Assembly (NCBI RefSeq): GCF_002113885.1
Contig: NW_018405003.1
Coordinates: 77,240 to 141,239, forward strand
Reading direction: 5' to 3'
Origin: Mizuhopecten yessoensis
Taxonomy: Eukaryota
Length of the DNA stretch: 64,000 bases
Every line of letters starts with the position of its first letter. Position 1 is the stretch's first letter. Under the pieces are notes generated by a model. That model made no database searches. It was not told the origin of the DNA and saw only the letters and a program-made list of their open reading frames with translations. The translations under genes were made by a program, and so were the position numbers. Below are positions 1 through 15,500 of the stretch, piece after piece.

Positions 1-284
1 ACATGATTGATGCTCACATCTCATTAAATATAAATTAAACGTATACCTTACAACCGTGGAACATCCCATTAATTCTTTTTCTATATGGTGCTTTCGTTTT
101 CAATACAATAATAATATGTAAATATTTTTACAGATAAGATCGTTTCAGACCTATGCTTTTAGAGACGTAATTTCGGTTATGCTAAGTAGTAAATGTAGTC
201 AGACAGTTACCGTACATGTGTCAAAACACGAATCCGGAAATGACTAACGCAGATGGAATGTTCCTCTTGTGTTACCTGTGTCGG

Positions 285-520
285 CGAGAGAAGTAGGGAA
301 ACTAATGGAAAGGCGGGAAAGGGAGGAATAGGACGGGAGGGGGAAGAGGACCGGAGATGGTGGGAAGGGGAAAGAGAACATGAAGAAAAGAATGCGGACA
401 AGAGGGGGAGGAAAAAGGTCAGGGGTTGCAGGATATGAAAACAGAAGGAGGAAACAGACGGGAGAGAGGAGAGGGAGGGGAGAGAGCAAGGGGAGGGAGG
501 GAAGGGAGATGACTAAGGGG
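285..520. repeat. Purine-rich (GA) low-complexity tract
   Basis: Almost pure G/A on the + strand; explains the spurious S/P/L/F-rich and G/E/R-rich ORFs here. Confidence 0.8.
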
Positions 521-689
521 GTGATATTTATGACAATCAAATAATATCAGATACATACTGTATCTGGTAAAACATACAGGCAAATATTAAATAAAAACAT
601 ATGGTTATATTCCTTTTTTGATGTAGTCATCTAAGCATTATGAAACGTGCATAGATAAAGCTATGTATGTTATGTTATGATATTATAAA

Positions 690-870
690 AAGAACAAAAC
701 ATTGTAAACTATATATTAGGAAGCATTCATTTGGCTACAGATCCGTTAATATATGGAACAGTCTTCTCGAGGCGGTCATCCAGGCTAAAACAATTAAAGA
801 CTTTGAAATCAGTTTGGACAATCATTGGAAACATCTTGAACTGAAATGTAATCACCTAGCTAGCTACAAT
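690..870 (+). mobile_element. CR1/L2-group LINE ORF2 3'-terminal fragment
   Basis: HCKLYIRKHSFGYRSVNIWNSLLEAVIQAKTIKDFEISLDNHW fits the R..FF..RV...WN.LP..V..A.....FK..LD..W C-terminus typical of CR1-group ORF2. Confidence 0.75.
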
Positions 871-3800
871 GGTGTGTTTTTTTTATATTATATGATTTGG
901 ACATGTAGGCAAGTAATTACCTGCGTCCATCTCTTTTCTATTAAATCATATTAGAAAAACCTATATCTTGATAACATGGCGAACGGTATGACGTATCCCG
1001 TTCATTACTACATAGTGGTGAATTTTAAGGGGTATTTTAGTGAATTTGCTTTGAAAATCGAATGCGATTCTACATTTCCCCCAAACACAATTTGAAGTGC
1101 AATAGCGTTAACAAGAAAAAAGGACTGAACATACGGCATGTAGTTTTATGTATGTAGGAATGAACTTAGTTCCTACACGGGTTCATGTAATATGCGTTTA
1201 TTACGTGTGTTCGAAAAGATATGTATTCATGAAAGTCTTGTGTCAACTTTTTAAACTTTCTTATTTAACAAGGTACAAAAGAAACCAAAACAAAATCACG
1301 AAAATAAAACATAAAAATAAGATTGTCACATAAATATCAAATTAAAAAATTTGTGATATCAAGTTCCTTTTTTTATAAGTAAACAATCGATCTCTGTTTA
1401 GTGTACAGAGGTAAACATGTGATTCACGCAATAAATTGAATATAAACATGTCGTTGTGTATCAGAGTAAAGCATCAACCTAGTTTGTGTATAGATGAACC
1501 ATCATAATTGGCACTTATATGGTACAGACTAGAGATTCAGTGGATACTTTATATTGGTTATTCATCCGTAATTTAAAATGTTTGATTTAACCTAGATTTA
1601 TTTTTATAGTGAATCAGCGCCTATTGATAATGTTTTCGTCTTCACGGTTGATGCCGCCCGTGGATATATATGCCAGGTGACGTGATAGTAACTTCTCCCT
1701 TAAATCACTCGTTCCCCTATGTCTCCCTGACGTCAGACGTGAAATGGAACAACCTAGCCAACCACAACACAAATATGTTTCATATTTATTCTTGCTTTTA
1801 TCAATGTTTAAACAAACTCCATATAAGGACAAATTCTGTCAATTGAAAAAAATACCCAATGTAGCTAGTTTTTTTAAGAGGTATTGAAACTTTTGCATGA
1901 AAATACTTCGATCTTTTACGATCGTAGTAATATTGTTTTATTTGTGTATTTATAAAGTCAGAATAAACTGATCAGAGTGGGATAAAATTCATTTCACCCC
2001 CTACATCATATTTGTTACAAACTGAATATGTTGTGTTCGATCCGTGTGACTGCTAGAGAGCTGAATACACTTCTCTAATAGAAGTTTTTGTCATTCCCTT
2101 CGCCTAATGAGATAATTGATGCAGTCTTCATTTCCACACTACCATTAGAGCTTTGTATGAGTTACATCAGAGTATCTCAGGAGGACATGAGTGTTAAAAA
2201 AGCGTTCCCTCTGTCTGTTCGATAAATGCAGGGGATGTGTTTTAAAATGTTATGAAATCCATCGAGTGTCAATTACAGCTCGTTTCTAAAATACCTCAAA
2301 TAAGAACCGATGTTCGTGCTAGAGTCTCGTCAGGCTCAACATATCAAATTGTATTAGTAACACTGGGCCTTGACCCTAACCTTTAATATGGCTGTATCCT
2401 CGTGCTCCATTACCTGTGTTTACATACAGACGATTTGTTGTTTTTTCTTTACCTACAATGATGAATTTCATTATACATGATTACATGCATGGTAAACGCG
2501 GGAAGTGAATAAGTCGGTGTAACTTTCGCCTTTTATTTTTAAAGCGAACAAACTGCGCTACTGTCTATAAGTATAGGAAGGTCACATGATGTTGACTTCA
2601 AAATAAGTAAGTGTTCAGTCATTTATTTTGTACAGTATTTTACCTGTTCTTACCTGTCCGACATGCACTGGACAACACCGTTATTTTACTTAATCAACTT
2701 GTTCCAAATGACTCCAAACCAACATATTTCTCCATAATTTGAGAAAAATAAAAATTTATTGGAAACCAAATTTAATCTTCTTCGAAGTCTTAAAAATGTG
2801 TCCCACTTTCTAAACCTTTATGCTAAATTTACTTGAGAGAGTGTAGTATGTAGCGGGCGTGGTATAAGTATAACTAGCCAGATGGTACGTAGGTTTTTAA
2901 TGTTCGTTCTGGTTGATTAAACCAGGTAATAATGCATATAGCCAGTCATACTATAATAGACCAGATCGTATCCCGATATTTTATGAATATGCACTCACCA
3001 TTACACTATTCACTAGTATATAGAGTATATTGTGTTGTTTTTGTTTATTGCAACCACAAACCATACTACAGGTAGTTAGTAAACAAACTTTAACAGCAGT
3101 ACATAATCACGGAATACCAGTTCCAGACACATTACCGAGCCAAATGACTAGCTCAATGTATAATTTTGTTTCTCATGAGTACTGCTTATGACACTGTAAC
3201 ATAATCGTTCTTTTGATGTTTTTTCTCATTTATATTTCATTGTTGAGGAAAATCATTTTATTAAGATCCCATGAACATTCTCTCCGTTTACATTTCAGGC
3301 TGATCGAATGTCACATTTAATATTTCTCATGCGAAACTTTCATCGAGGACAAAAATGAACTTTATACAAAGCGTAAATTGCGATATGCAGATATGAAGTG
3401 TAATAGCATAAATTGCCATTCGAATGTGTCTTCCAAAAGAAATCTATTATGATGACATGATTCTCGTTTAATGCAAAATGCCTCAAAATGTGTAATTAGA
3501 CAGTAATAGGGTAACAATGCAATTTCGTGACATAATACATCATTCACTCGTTCCCACTCAACCTGTTGTTAAAGCCATTTTCATTAAGAAAACATTAATG
3601 GAAACTCATCAGCGATTGGCTGGTCATAGCATACATGCATATTTAACAAAATTTGATATGGGTATTACTTGACGTCGACATTATGACGCATGTTTAGCTA
3701 ATCGCGCGGAGGACATCGTTAAAAAATGCATGGGCTACCTTATTTTTTTTATCTCTTCTCAGACATTTTCACTTTTATATTTGAGCGTCACAACATGGAT

Positions 3801-4009
3801 TGTTTTCGGATAATACGGTTGTATACACAATCAGACCTTCTTTGCACTTCCATCCGGGTCAACAAGATTCATTAATATAAATCAGCAACACTTGTCTCGT
3901 AGATATTTCATTATTAATTACATTGATTTGTTTTCATGTTTCTTCACTGTTTCTATTCTTTTTCTGTAACATTAATTTACAGCTGTAGAACCTTCATAAA
4001 AACACGTTT

Positions 4010-6345
4010 TCTGTACCATTATGATAGCTGTTGTACCAACATAAGGTAGGCTGTAGTACCTACATACAAACGTATTGTCTGTACCATTATGTTAGCTGTT
4101 GTACCAACATAAGGTAAGTTGTAGTACCTACATAACAACGTATTGTCTGTACCATTATGTTAGCCGTTGTACCAACATAAGGTAAACTGCAGTGCCTATA
4201 TAACAACGTATTGTCTGTACCATTATGTTAGCTGTTGTACCAACATAAGGTAAGCTGTAGTACCTACATAACAACATATTGTCTGTACCATTATGTTAGC
4301 TGTTGTACCAACATAAGGGAGGCTGTAGTTACTACTGACAACGTATTGTCTGTACCATTATGTTAGCTGTTGTACCAACATAAGGCAGGCTGTAGTACCT
4401 ACATACAAACGTATTGTCTGTATCATTATGTTAGCTGTTGTACCAACATAAGGTAAGCTGTAGAACCTACATAACAACGTATTGTCTGTACCATTATATT
4501 AGCCGTTGTACCAACATAAGGTAGGCTGTAGTTACTACTGACAACGTATTGTCTGTACCATTATGTTAGCTGTTGTACCAACATAAAGTAAGCTGTAGTT
4601 ACTACATAACAACGTATTGTCCGTACCATTATGTTAGCTGTTGTACCAACATAAGGTAAGTTGTAGTTCCTACATAACAACGTATTGTCTGTACCATTAT
4701 ATTAGCCGTTGTACCAACATAAGGTAGGTATCATTATATTAGCTGTTGTACCAACATAAGGTAGGCTGTAGTACCTACATACAAACGTATTGTCTGTACC
4801 ATTATGTTAGCTGTTGTACCAACATAAGGCAGGCTGTAGTACCTACATACAAACGTATTGTCTGTACAATTATGTTAGCTGTTGTACCAACATAAGGTAA
4901 GCTGTAGAACCTACATAACAACGTATTGTCTGTACCATTATGCTAGCTGTTGTACCAACATAAGATAGGCTGTAGTTACTACATAACAACGTATTGTCTG
5001 TACCATTATGTCAGCCGTTGTACCAACATAAGGTAAACTGCAGTGCCTATATAACAACGTATTGTCTGTACCATTATGTTAGCCGTTGTACCAACATAAG
5101 GTAAGCTGTAGTACCTACATAACAACATATTGTCTGTACCATTATGTTAGCTGTTGTACCAACATAAGGCAGGCTGTAGTACCTACATACAAACGTATTG
5201 TCTGTACAATTATGTTAGCTGTTGTACCAACATAAGGTAAGTTGTAGTTCCTACATAACAACGTATTGTCTGTACCATTATATTAGCCGTTGTACCAACA
5301 TAAGGTAGGCTGTAGTTACTACATAACAACGAATTGTCTGTACCATTATGTTAGCTGTTGTACCAACATAAGGTAGGCTGTAGTTACTACTGACAACGTA
5401 TTGTCTGTACCATTATGTTAGCTGTTGTACCAACATAAGGCAGGCTGTAGTACCTACATACAAACGTATTGTCTGTATCATTATGTTAGCTGTTGTACCA
5501 ACATAAGGTAAGCTGTAGAACCTACATAACAACATATTGTCTGTACCATTATGTTAGCTGTTGTACCAACATAAGGTAAGTTCTAGTACCTACATAACAA
5601 CGTATTGTCTGTACCATTATATTAGCCGTTGTACCAACATAAGGTAGGCTGTAGTTACTACATAACAACGAATTGTCTGTACCATTATGTTAGCTGTTGT
5701 ACCACCATAAGGTAAGCTGTAGTTACTACATAACAACGTATTGTCCGTACCATTATGTTAGCTGTTGTACCAACATAAGGGAGGCTGTAGTTACTACTGA
5801 CAACGTATTGTCTGTACCATTATGTTAGCTGTTGTAACAACATAGAGTAAGCTGTAGTACCTACATAACAACGTATTGTCTGTACCATTATATTAGCCGT
5901 TGTACCAACATAAGGTAGGCTGTAGTTACTACATAACAACGTATTGTCTGTACCATTATATTAGCCGTTGTACCAGCATAAGGTAGGCTGTAGTTACTAC
6001 ATAACAACGCTATATAACAACGTATTGTCTGTACCATTATGTTAGCTGTTGTACCAAAATAAGGTAGGCTGTAGTTACTACATAACAACGCATTGTCTGT
6101 ACCATTATGTTAGCTGTTGTACCAAAATAAGGTAGGCTGTAGTTACTACATAACAACGCTATATAACAACGTATTGTCTGTACCATTATGTGAGCTGTTG
6201 TACCAACATAAGGTAAGCTGTAGTACCTACATAACAACATATTGTCTGTACCATTATGTTAGCTGTTGTACCAACATAAGGTAAGCTGTAGTACATACAT
6301 AAAAACGCCTTTTTCTATAACATTAATTTAGCTGTAGTACCAACA
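4010..6345. repeat. Minisatellite, 67-68 bp unit, about 34 copies
   Basis: Unit TATTGTCTGTACCATTATGTTAGCTGTTGTACCAACATAAGGTARGCTGTAGTWMCTACATAACAACG starts at 4141, 4209, 4277, 4344 and onward; no unique spacers. Confidence 0.97.
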
Positions 6346-7460
6346 TTAAAAAGTAGTTTTTTTCTGTAATCGAACAGTATATTATTTAAGTGCATTAATA
6401 AAGATGTTGACCAACGTTCAACCGGAATCTGTGTAATAAACAACTTAGTGTTTTATTTCATATGATATAACATAAATATACATTAATACATATGAAAATA
6501 GATACATCCATATCAATACTTCAATATAAGTAGTTTTACACTTCACACGTTTGATTGGTTTGAAAGCGTTCCAATCCCCACCTCGATAATTCACCAGAAG
6601 GATATAGCACTCGTATGAAGTGCTATAGAAAATTATACATATATTAAACAGCTAGGCGAAGTTTCCTGTCTTGGTAAGTACGAGGAAGGAATTAAGATAC
6701 AAATGTTAGTAAATATTGTCTATGATCGGGATGCTCTGACCTTGCTCAATGTCCTGCCCGGGGTCACCGATGTAATACACATGTCATCGTACAGTGCACT
6801 ATAAAGCAACAGTGATTTTAGGTTCATCAATATCATATCACACATTTGTATCTCTATCAAACTAGTATCATAGCTTCATTCAAAATGTTTTAAATTTTAA
6901 AGATTTGACAAACGATTTTTTTTTTATTTTTTTTTTTCAAGCATTTTCAAATATAGATTACATAGAATATATGAATGAACGAGTTATTAATAAAGTGTTT
7001 TTTTTAAATATATAATCATTTTAATTGTAAAACAAATGAACTACTGCTAGTTAAAGAAAGTTTTCATATTCAGAATCTGGTTGAAATAAATATGTAGGTT
7101 TCTTTTTCTTCTGCATATTATTATCATTGTTATAAGTCCACATTTTCAAGACAGAGCGATAAAACAAGACAGCAACAGGAAATCCGCCTGAATCATTAAG
7201 AAAACGATATCAAGAATCCCAATTGAAAAAAAAAAATACGGATCAAATTTTTCTGACTCATAAATTTCGTTACACCACAAATGACAACAGTTGGTATTAA
7301 TATTTCTCATGTTTAAACAATTAGAGGATGTACCTACATCGAACACAGTGAGTAGAGTTGGCTGGTAGGTAACTACTGAGAAAAGGAAAGTTAACGTCCA
7401 TGAAGTTTTCACGTTTTACATAGAAAATACCATTGAGGTGATCATTATTATCATGATTTA

Positions 7461-7552
7461 GTTATGGAGCTATAACACACAAAAAACGGAGTGTACTCTC
7501 ATCAAGGTTTATTTAGAGTACATTCCGGTTTTTTGTGTTATATCTCCATAAC
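7461..7552. repeat. About 39 bp imperfect inverted repeat (hairpin), probably part of a MITE
   Basis: GTTATGGAGCTATAACACACAAAAAACGGAGTGTACTCT ... AGAGTACATTCCGGTTTTTTGTGTTATATCTCCATAAC. Confidence 0.75.
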
Positions 7553-9503
7553 ATGAAAAATATATTCAAGTTAATCCTTATGATTTAATCCTCTATACAT
7601 AATCCCTGTGGAAATACACTTTCATTGATGGACTCTTTTCTCTTAGAAATTATTGCGCTGCTGTATCAGCCAATCAAAAGCGACGTTACAAACGTTACGT
7701 TATGGGCTGATAACATATATTTTTAAGCCAATGGAAATGCTTGTTACAAGCAAGATTAAATTATGTAAACGCAAACATGAATGTGTAGAAAATGTTTTCA
7801 AATTCTTCAGATACATTGATTATTATTACATTTTTTATTTATTTCTATTCATTTATGATATAATTTTGTGTGTAATTCAAAGACAACTCATAGATATATC
7901 TTACTGTTGAAATTAAATATCGGACAATCATCTGGTCTTCTTCTGCTAACACTGTTAAGTAAACTTCACCAGGAAACAATTAGAGCATTAGATAGTAAAC
8001 ATAGTCTCCATCGAAATAACGATAAAATTTCGTCGAACAAAAAACTATCACACGAACAAATATTTGCCCTTTTGTCTTGAAGCAATTTGAAAAATGTTAT
8101 TTCTTTTGATTGGCATTGACCATTTTAAACAAAAAAAATGAACTTAACTGATTTTATAACAATTTTGAAATAAGGTATTACAACATTCTTTTATTGTCTG
8201 TAGACATACATGATGTATTTTAACGATGCTTTTTACGAAAAGTGAGCTTTAGTGTTGAACGTTTAATGTAGGAAAAGGAGGTAAGGTTTCATTTTAAATC
8301 AGCATATTCAACTAGTTTCATTGTTTCAAATAATCATATTTTATTAAGTTTGAAGCGTCGTTTGAAACGGCAGTCACAGGGTAAGTAACTATGCAATACA
8401 CAAGCAAATATATTCAATGACGTCCTTCCGGTTAGTAAGGAGATGTCTCGCCGAGTAGTTTGTATTGCACTGCGGTGAATCTTAATGTATATTATCTGTT
8501 TGATAAGAATTCAAAGATAACTCTGCCAGAAGTAGAATACTTATAATCCTATATCGTTTACGAATGCCAACAGAGACATCATTAAAAAGTTCTTACGAAT
8601 GAGCTGGCCATTAAAATGTGTTTTTTTTAGAGGGTTAGGGGGGGGGGGGGGGGGAGTAGTTCAGTTCATGTGTCATATATCCGGTAAAGTACGCGTGTCC
8701 AGTCCACAATCATCTTCTCATACTCCTTCAATACCGCTGTTATTTTAAGTGTCTATTATATAAAAAGATCTTCACATGTAGGATTTAACACTTAAACAAT
8801 TATAAATACAAGTAATTTATACACAAGTGTCACGTATTAACAAGTATGCATTGCTATACAGAAACTTCTTGTATATACTCTATTCTACTTTGTAACATGT
8901 AACAAAAGTTTTTCTGTTCTTTGTCGCCTGTTTACATTTGTCAGGTAATGCGTACGTCTTCATTTCAAAACAGGCATGTTTGACCCAATGGGCAGTTGTC
9001 CTAAAATGTCTGTTTAACCTGGATATAATTTGGCAGATTCTTCTTCCTTTTCAGTCGCCAATTGGTCGACCGACTATAAACATCATGATTTATACCAGAT
9101 TTTTGTTTCAATTAATCAAAAGCGACGATATATCGATAGCGCTATTCAAACATTAAACAAGCATGTCATTGATTAGAAAACATTCTTTCAAATCACTGTC
9201 GCTAGTAAAACAGAAAATGAGCTCCGTTTGACTGAAATTTACAGATAAACGTGATTTCGTAACATATTATGTTAGGTTGCAAAAGTGATTGATATTTCAA
9301 AATGCTGAAGGACTATGAAGACAGCAAATGATGTCCCTTATACTCATGTTCCTGTCTTGCTGGATAACCGAACTATTCGGTAGTGATGCGGAAGTAAAAC
9401 CAATCAATCAATCAAATTTTGCTAGTTTAGAAATTATTGTTATAATCAATAATTTAAATATACCATGCTTTGGTGTAATATAATGTACCAGAGCAGAAAT
9501 AGC

Positions 9504-9531
9504 ATATATATATATATATATATATATATAT
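9504..9531. repeat. (TA)n microsatellite
   Basis: Direct inspection. Confidence 0.9.
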
Positions 9532-12500
9532 CGGCAGAAAAGTAACTGTGTTCAGTAAGTAACAGTGAAAATCGACCGGGCCGAGTGCGTTCGTACTTAG
9601 AGTCCTAGCGACTAGGCTTCATTGGCGGTTGTGTACATGAATATATACTATATATATATATATATAGCATACACTAATACAGAGAAGTTAGTGAATCATT
9701 TAAAGTATACCACGTGTTTCCTGATAAATATAATCACGGGGGTAACTTTCCCCGTTCTGCTTTGGAAATTCCTGCCTTAAACAATGTGTTTAAGTTTGTC
9801 AGAAAATGTTGGCATATACTCAGTATTCTTGTTAGCAAGCAGCTAAGACCACCACATGACATACTTGAACACACGATACAAATTGCTCTTCTGTTTTGAA
9901 GGCCTTATATTGGTAACGATACTGACAAGTCAATGTAAGGCATACCCTGGTTTTCCCGGAAATTTTGCTGAATATAAGAAGAAATAAAGATTCATAGAAG
10001 CAACGAATGACACAAAATGATGGTTTTACGTAAAGACGAGCTACAAAAAGATAAAAAATACATTGTTTCATAAAGACGAATTTATCAAATCATTAGTATA
10101 TAATATATACAATTTGACATCATTTAAGTTCAATTAAGTCTTATTAAAAATATATCAAGTATATGTAACATAATTTTGAATTGTAAACTAGACATATAAG
10201 TAAGAGGATTTCAAATGACACCTATAGGCAGAAAACAGAAATATATGTAAATATCCGAAAACTAGAAAAATTGCGTTAATAATTGGTTAAGGTGATCGTG
10301 CATAGCCATGCAATTTTATTTCCTGTAGGTGATTATTTTAAAAGCGCCATAAGATGTATTCCAAACTAAAAACTTAGTATATTGTTTGCTTTTTAAAAAA
10401 AACATTGCGCGTGCGAAGGATAATATTTCGCATTTAGACAAGAGTAATAAACTTTAAAGGAATAATTATATTTACACCAATTTCTGATATCATTGTAAGA
10501 TGCTGGCAATGTTATTTTCGTTGTTTGAAACTATGACATTACAAATATCATGCCTTGATCTGTTTTGGATAATGGCCTTTGCAAAGAACGGAAATGTTAA
10601 CTTATGGAGTAAGAACATTCTAAAACAGCTTGCGTGGACCACGGGTGCTAATTTTGTTTGTTACAACAACAACAACTATAAAAAATGATACAACCATTCG
10701 TGAACATCTTCCATGCTTGGCATTTTCGATGAATGAACAAAACGACTGTTATGTGATCGTTTTGCTAAATCCCACCTCATTTCTAATTAAATGAAGACCA
10801 TACAAAAAAAATTGATATTAAATATCGATCCGTTCTAGAGAAGTAAACGTTTGCTAAGTAATACAGCATGGGATGTATGCAGTTGTTATTAAATCATTTC
10901 GAGCAATGACGTCACCTCGAAAACCTGTTTAGTCGATTCACAGTTGCATTAATAGCACACATTGTTATAATAATAATGTGGTTGTAAAGCTGATTTTTAT
11001 GTTGTTATCTTACTATAAATCAGTTTAAGTCAGAATGATATTATTCGTTTCTTTGATAATTTGTCTGAACGTATTTTGTAGGATATGTATATTGTGTGCT
11101 CGAATATTTTCGCCGCAGTTTAACTTTTGCCTATTTCACCCTCCTCAACTTATCATGACATTGAATATGAGTACACAATATACAATATATATAGTAATTA
11201 CGTGTGAATGATGAAATAAACACTAGGCGAACATACATTTTGTCAAATATTTATCTGAGCGACAGTTTTCCGGTATACATTATTAATTATGATTTATATT
11301 TGTTGATATGATGTTTTATTGTTATATTATGTAAAATATTTAAAGATTGATATAATTCGATTCTGCAAATTATTTGTTTATGTCAGTATTTTAAAATAAC
11401 CTTGGAATTTATTGAGAATACCTGAAAATATGATACCTGTATTTAAGAAGCTAAATCGATAAAGGACCGTCCACAGTGTGAATGTAATGGAAAAGATCTG
11501 AAGATTATTTTTCGTTGCGTTACCAGTAATGTATGCGTGTATTCGAGCACAAAATCTTTGCTGTGGCCATCAGTACAGTCTCTAAGGATTCCTGTCCCAC
11601 TACAGGCCAAATACTACAAACTTGTACTTTTTCGAAAAGGTATTAACATCTCCATTTCGTTTTTGAAATAAATGTAATCTAACTGGGGCATCGGACCTCC
11701 GTTAACTAGATTGCTCAATGTGGTAGAGCGACGCGCTGATTTTTTACACTCGGGCTACTGCTGTTGTTATTTTATTTTTTTATTTCATTTGTGCATCTTT
11801 TCATAGAAAATATCAATGACAACTGGACAAAGACAAACAAATGAAGCGCACTAGAGATTCATTTTGAAATTGCTGATTATCCAGTTGTCCTACTGAACAG
11901 TTCAATTCGTATGTTTCCTATTTTTTAATGGAACTTAAAATGTATGTTGTTTTGTAGATGAAGACTAATAATCGTTTTCTTGAGCATGGATTATCTTAGA
12001 TGACGAGTATTGGTATGCTTATTATAACAACTGTATCTACTACATGTGTACTTGGGAATGACAACTTACCACGGTTGAGCATAGGTGTCAAAATGAAGCA
12101 AAGGATTAATATGTATCAATATACCTTAAATCAGCATCGCCTTATAGTTATGGTGAGTTCAAGCTATATAATTACAACATTAATTATACATTTTAAGATG
12201 TCACAATATTTACAAAGTATAACATTGGCATCAAAATATCTTGAATATATTAAATGTTATATCAAGTATGCTTTAATTAGCAATATAATTCAATAGTATA
12301 ATACATATGTAATATTATTAATAATTTCATATGTATTACATTAAATTGGTATATTCATATCAATATAATGTTTCAGTTCATGTATAGGTCTAGCGGTAAG
12401 GCCGGGCGAGAGACTCCACACCAAAATAGTTTGTCGACGCTCACTCATGAATATGTACATCAAGTAAGTATTTGTTTAAAAGATATCGAAATTGACAATT

Positions 12501-15500
12501 TTTATTGATTTATTAAAGCGAAAATAGACATGAAATAATATTATACCAACATTTATGAAAAACGGTCGCTGCCCTTCTCATACATATGCGTATACTTACA
12601 TGTAAGCGTATTCGTATACTACTAATTGCACACGTACATGTAAGTACTCCTATATTTACACAACATTGTGCCATTTACCACGTACACCACACATTCCACC
12701 AATACTAGCGAGTAGCTAAGTCACAACAAAGTGGGCGGTGTCGCTTCATTGTGTACATCAAACAATAGCAGGTGTATTTTGTCTATTTGTTAGAAATGTT
12801 GTGGTCAATGCGATGAGTTTGAGAACTTTGAACTTTTAAAAACCACTTGTATCAACAGAAATAAATTTGCTCTCAGAATAAAGAAACAAAACGGTTTTCG
12901 CTTTGTTCATAAAACATTTGTAAGTTTCAGATGTGTTGATTCGTGCACAGTGTTGTTTCAGTTGATAAAAAAAAATATCGTAATACATAATTGATAATTT
13001 ATAAGTATAAGCAAAAATTAAGTAAACTGAAGTCTATGAACGTTTATTTTCTCGTACGAGAAATTAATTATTCATTCACATTGTTGACATAAATAACCGA
13101 CACATAGACAAATGTCATGAACTTTCACACGTAGTCATGTGCAGGTACATGGGCACTGACAATATCTAGTGTACAATCTGGACATATGTATCGTGGCATT
13201 ATTGAGAACAAGATAGTACACACGAACTATGAAATATCTGCAGCTATAACAAATTATCCATTGTTTTCAATGTAAATGTGCTTTCAGTGCAAAATGATAT
13301 GCCGCCCCCTCGCTTACTGAGCAGACAGGACCTGACTACAGTCCGTGACGTCATCAGACGGAAACTGTCGATGGTCTCCGCGTGTACTTGTTTTACTACA
13401 GTTTCCGCAATGTGTTGTCATCAATCTCGCATCTTCGTCAAAACAAATATTTTTGTTGCACGATTTCAAACTCAAGTTACTATCGTTGGACGTTGCTTCC
13501 CAGCTTTTCAAACAGTGCATACCCTAAGTTTGTTTGAAAGATACATTTCTTTGAAGCGATTAATAGATTCTTATTTGAGAAATATGAAACGAATATGGTT
13601 ATTCTTTATAATGAAGTTCTGAATGTTTCAATTTTACCAGCAGTAAAAGAAATCAGCAGAAATGAGCCAAAAATAGCTATCCCCAGTACCATTCGTCCAA
13701 AACCAGACACACTCGGCTAACCTGTTTACACTACCGTTGCATGTGCATAGTTTGTAAGAAAATTACGCACGCACATGTATTATTGTACACATATAGGGTT
13801 AGGGTTATTTTGCCGCAAACGATAATATATTTATTCGAAAGTAAAATATTGAATTCCATTTTGGGCTCTATTTTATGCATCCACATCTATATACGGACAT
13901 CAACTTGATGACGAGAAACACCATTTCTTCAAAAAAACATTCACTTTTGTTTAACAAGCGGTGAAGATGACGGTGTACGCTGAATTATACGGCTTGTGGT
14001 TTTTCGGTATGACTGCTAATTTGATGTTATCTTCAACTATAAAAGCGACTGCACTGGGTAGCCCTGCCAACACACTATATAAAGCCAGCGTCCCATTGCA
14101 AACCATGTAACACTGTCTGCAACTATATCGCACCTAATTCACCTGACTTTGTTGACGCCTTAACCTTCTTCACATGACAAAACGTCAAAAAGGGTGCAAG
14201 GAATTATTACAACTGAATGGGTTTCAACATAAATCATAAAGAATATTTTCCTGTTTTGAGGCGGCAGTAACTGTTCATGTTTTGGCTTTTTTAATGAAGT
14301 AATGATGCAAAGTCCTACAATACATCTAGAAGATTAACCTTGTTATTTTAAAACAGCAATAATTTCGATGCTAGAAAATTTGAAAACGATGTTATAACCG
14401 TTCTAGGGATTCGTCTAATAAGCGATATATTTAATATTCAGCATGATTATATAATATGATATAATTCTAGCTAATTCATTTCATATTTGTATAATGTTAA
14501 TCCTTTTGCAACAAAATTGCGTTCGCAATTCACGTATTTAAATCCTGCTAAAAGTATGTCATAATTACGACTTATGTCCTATTTTACTATACGTTTGTTT
14601 TATCGCCCAATCATAAACATGTCCTGTAAAAGTACAGAGTCCACGCATTAAACGAGACTGATGCACACCAACCAGTTGCATACAAGTGCATGTATATTCG
14701 CCTAGTATGGTGATACACCATCTTAAGGGGAGGTCAGTCTGTTACTCACAATGTGGCGTGATCAAATATCTACAGGAACCCGTAATAAAAGTGACGCATC
14801 ATTTCACACGAATAAGGATAATTCTGACAAGGAATAAATCGGCGTTTTTTAGGTGCAGAAAGTTGAAATATTTATTCATGTGTATTGGCTGCTCCGAGTC
14901 GTTGACAAATTATTTTGTCCGCACTGTCACTTCTATAAATAGTTATTTAAGTAAAACGCATCCAACTAGCCATTGTGTTCTGAGCCGGTGCCCCTTGAAC
15001 CATTCTATCGTTATTACTCATTAGAGATTGAATTAAGACACACGCACGTACATGTGACAGCGCTTATGCAATCAAAATGTAAAGATGTACTATAGTAAAT
15101 AACTGAACCAACTATTTACAACACAAATCACATATAGCGTGCATTGTTTCCCGTGGTCATATATGTACTATTTCGTCAATAGAACAAATTAATTTGGTAC
15201 TAAATCTTTAACGATAAATAGTAATTTCAAACTTTTTACCACAAGTTCAACAACTTATATCGGAATTTCACACACAAACGTGCCTGCATCGAAAAAAGCG
15301 AAAATATAGAGAGAAAAAAAAATCGAGGAGGACGAGGGAAACGCTATAATAATTATTAATGGTCTGATGGTCATATGAGAGCCACTAAATGTCTATGAAC
15401 ATGTCACATGAACGGCCTGAAATAACGCCGACAATTGTGTTGCGTTTGGGGTTTTCCATGCCTCGCGCCACCGCGTGACTAACTCTTATCTTAGGTGATA

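Noticed and set aside
4010-6345. CRISPR-like regular array
   Set aside because: The units are contiguous tandem copies with no unique spacers, there are no cas genes, and the context is eukaryotic.
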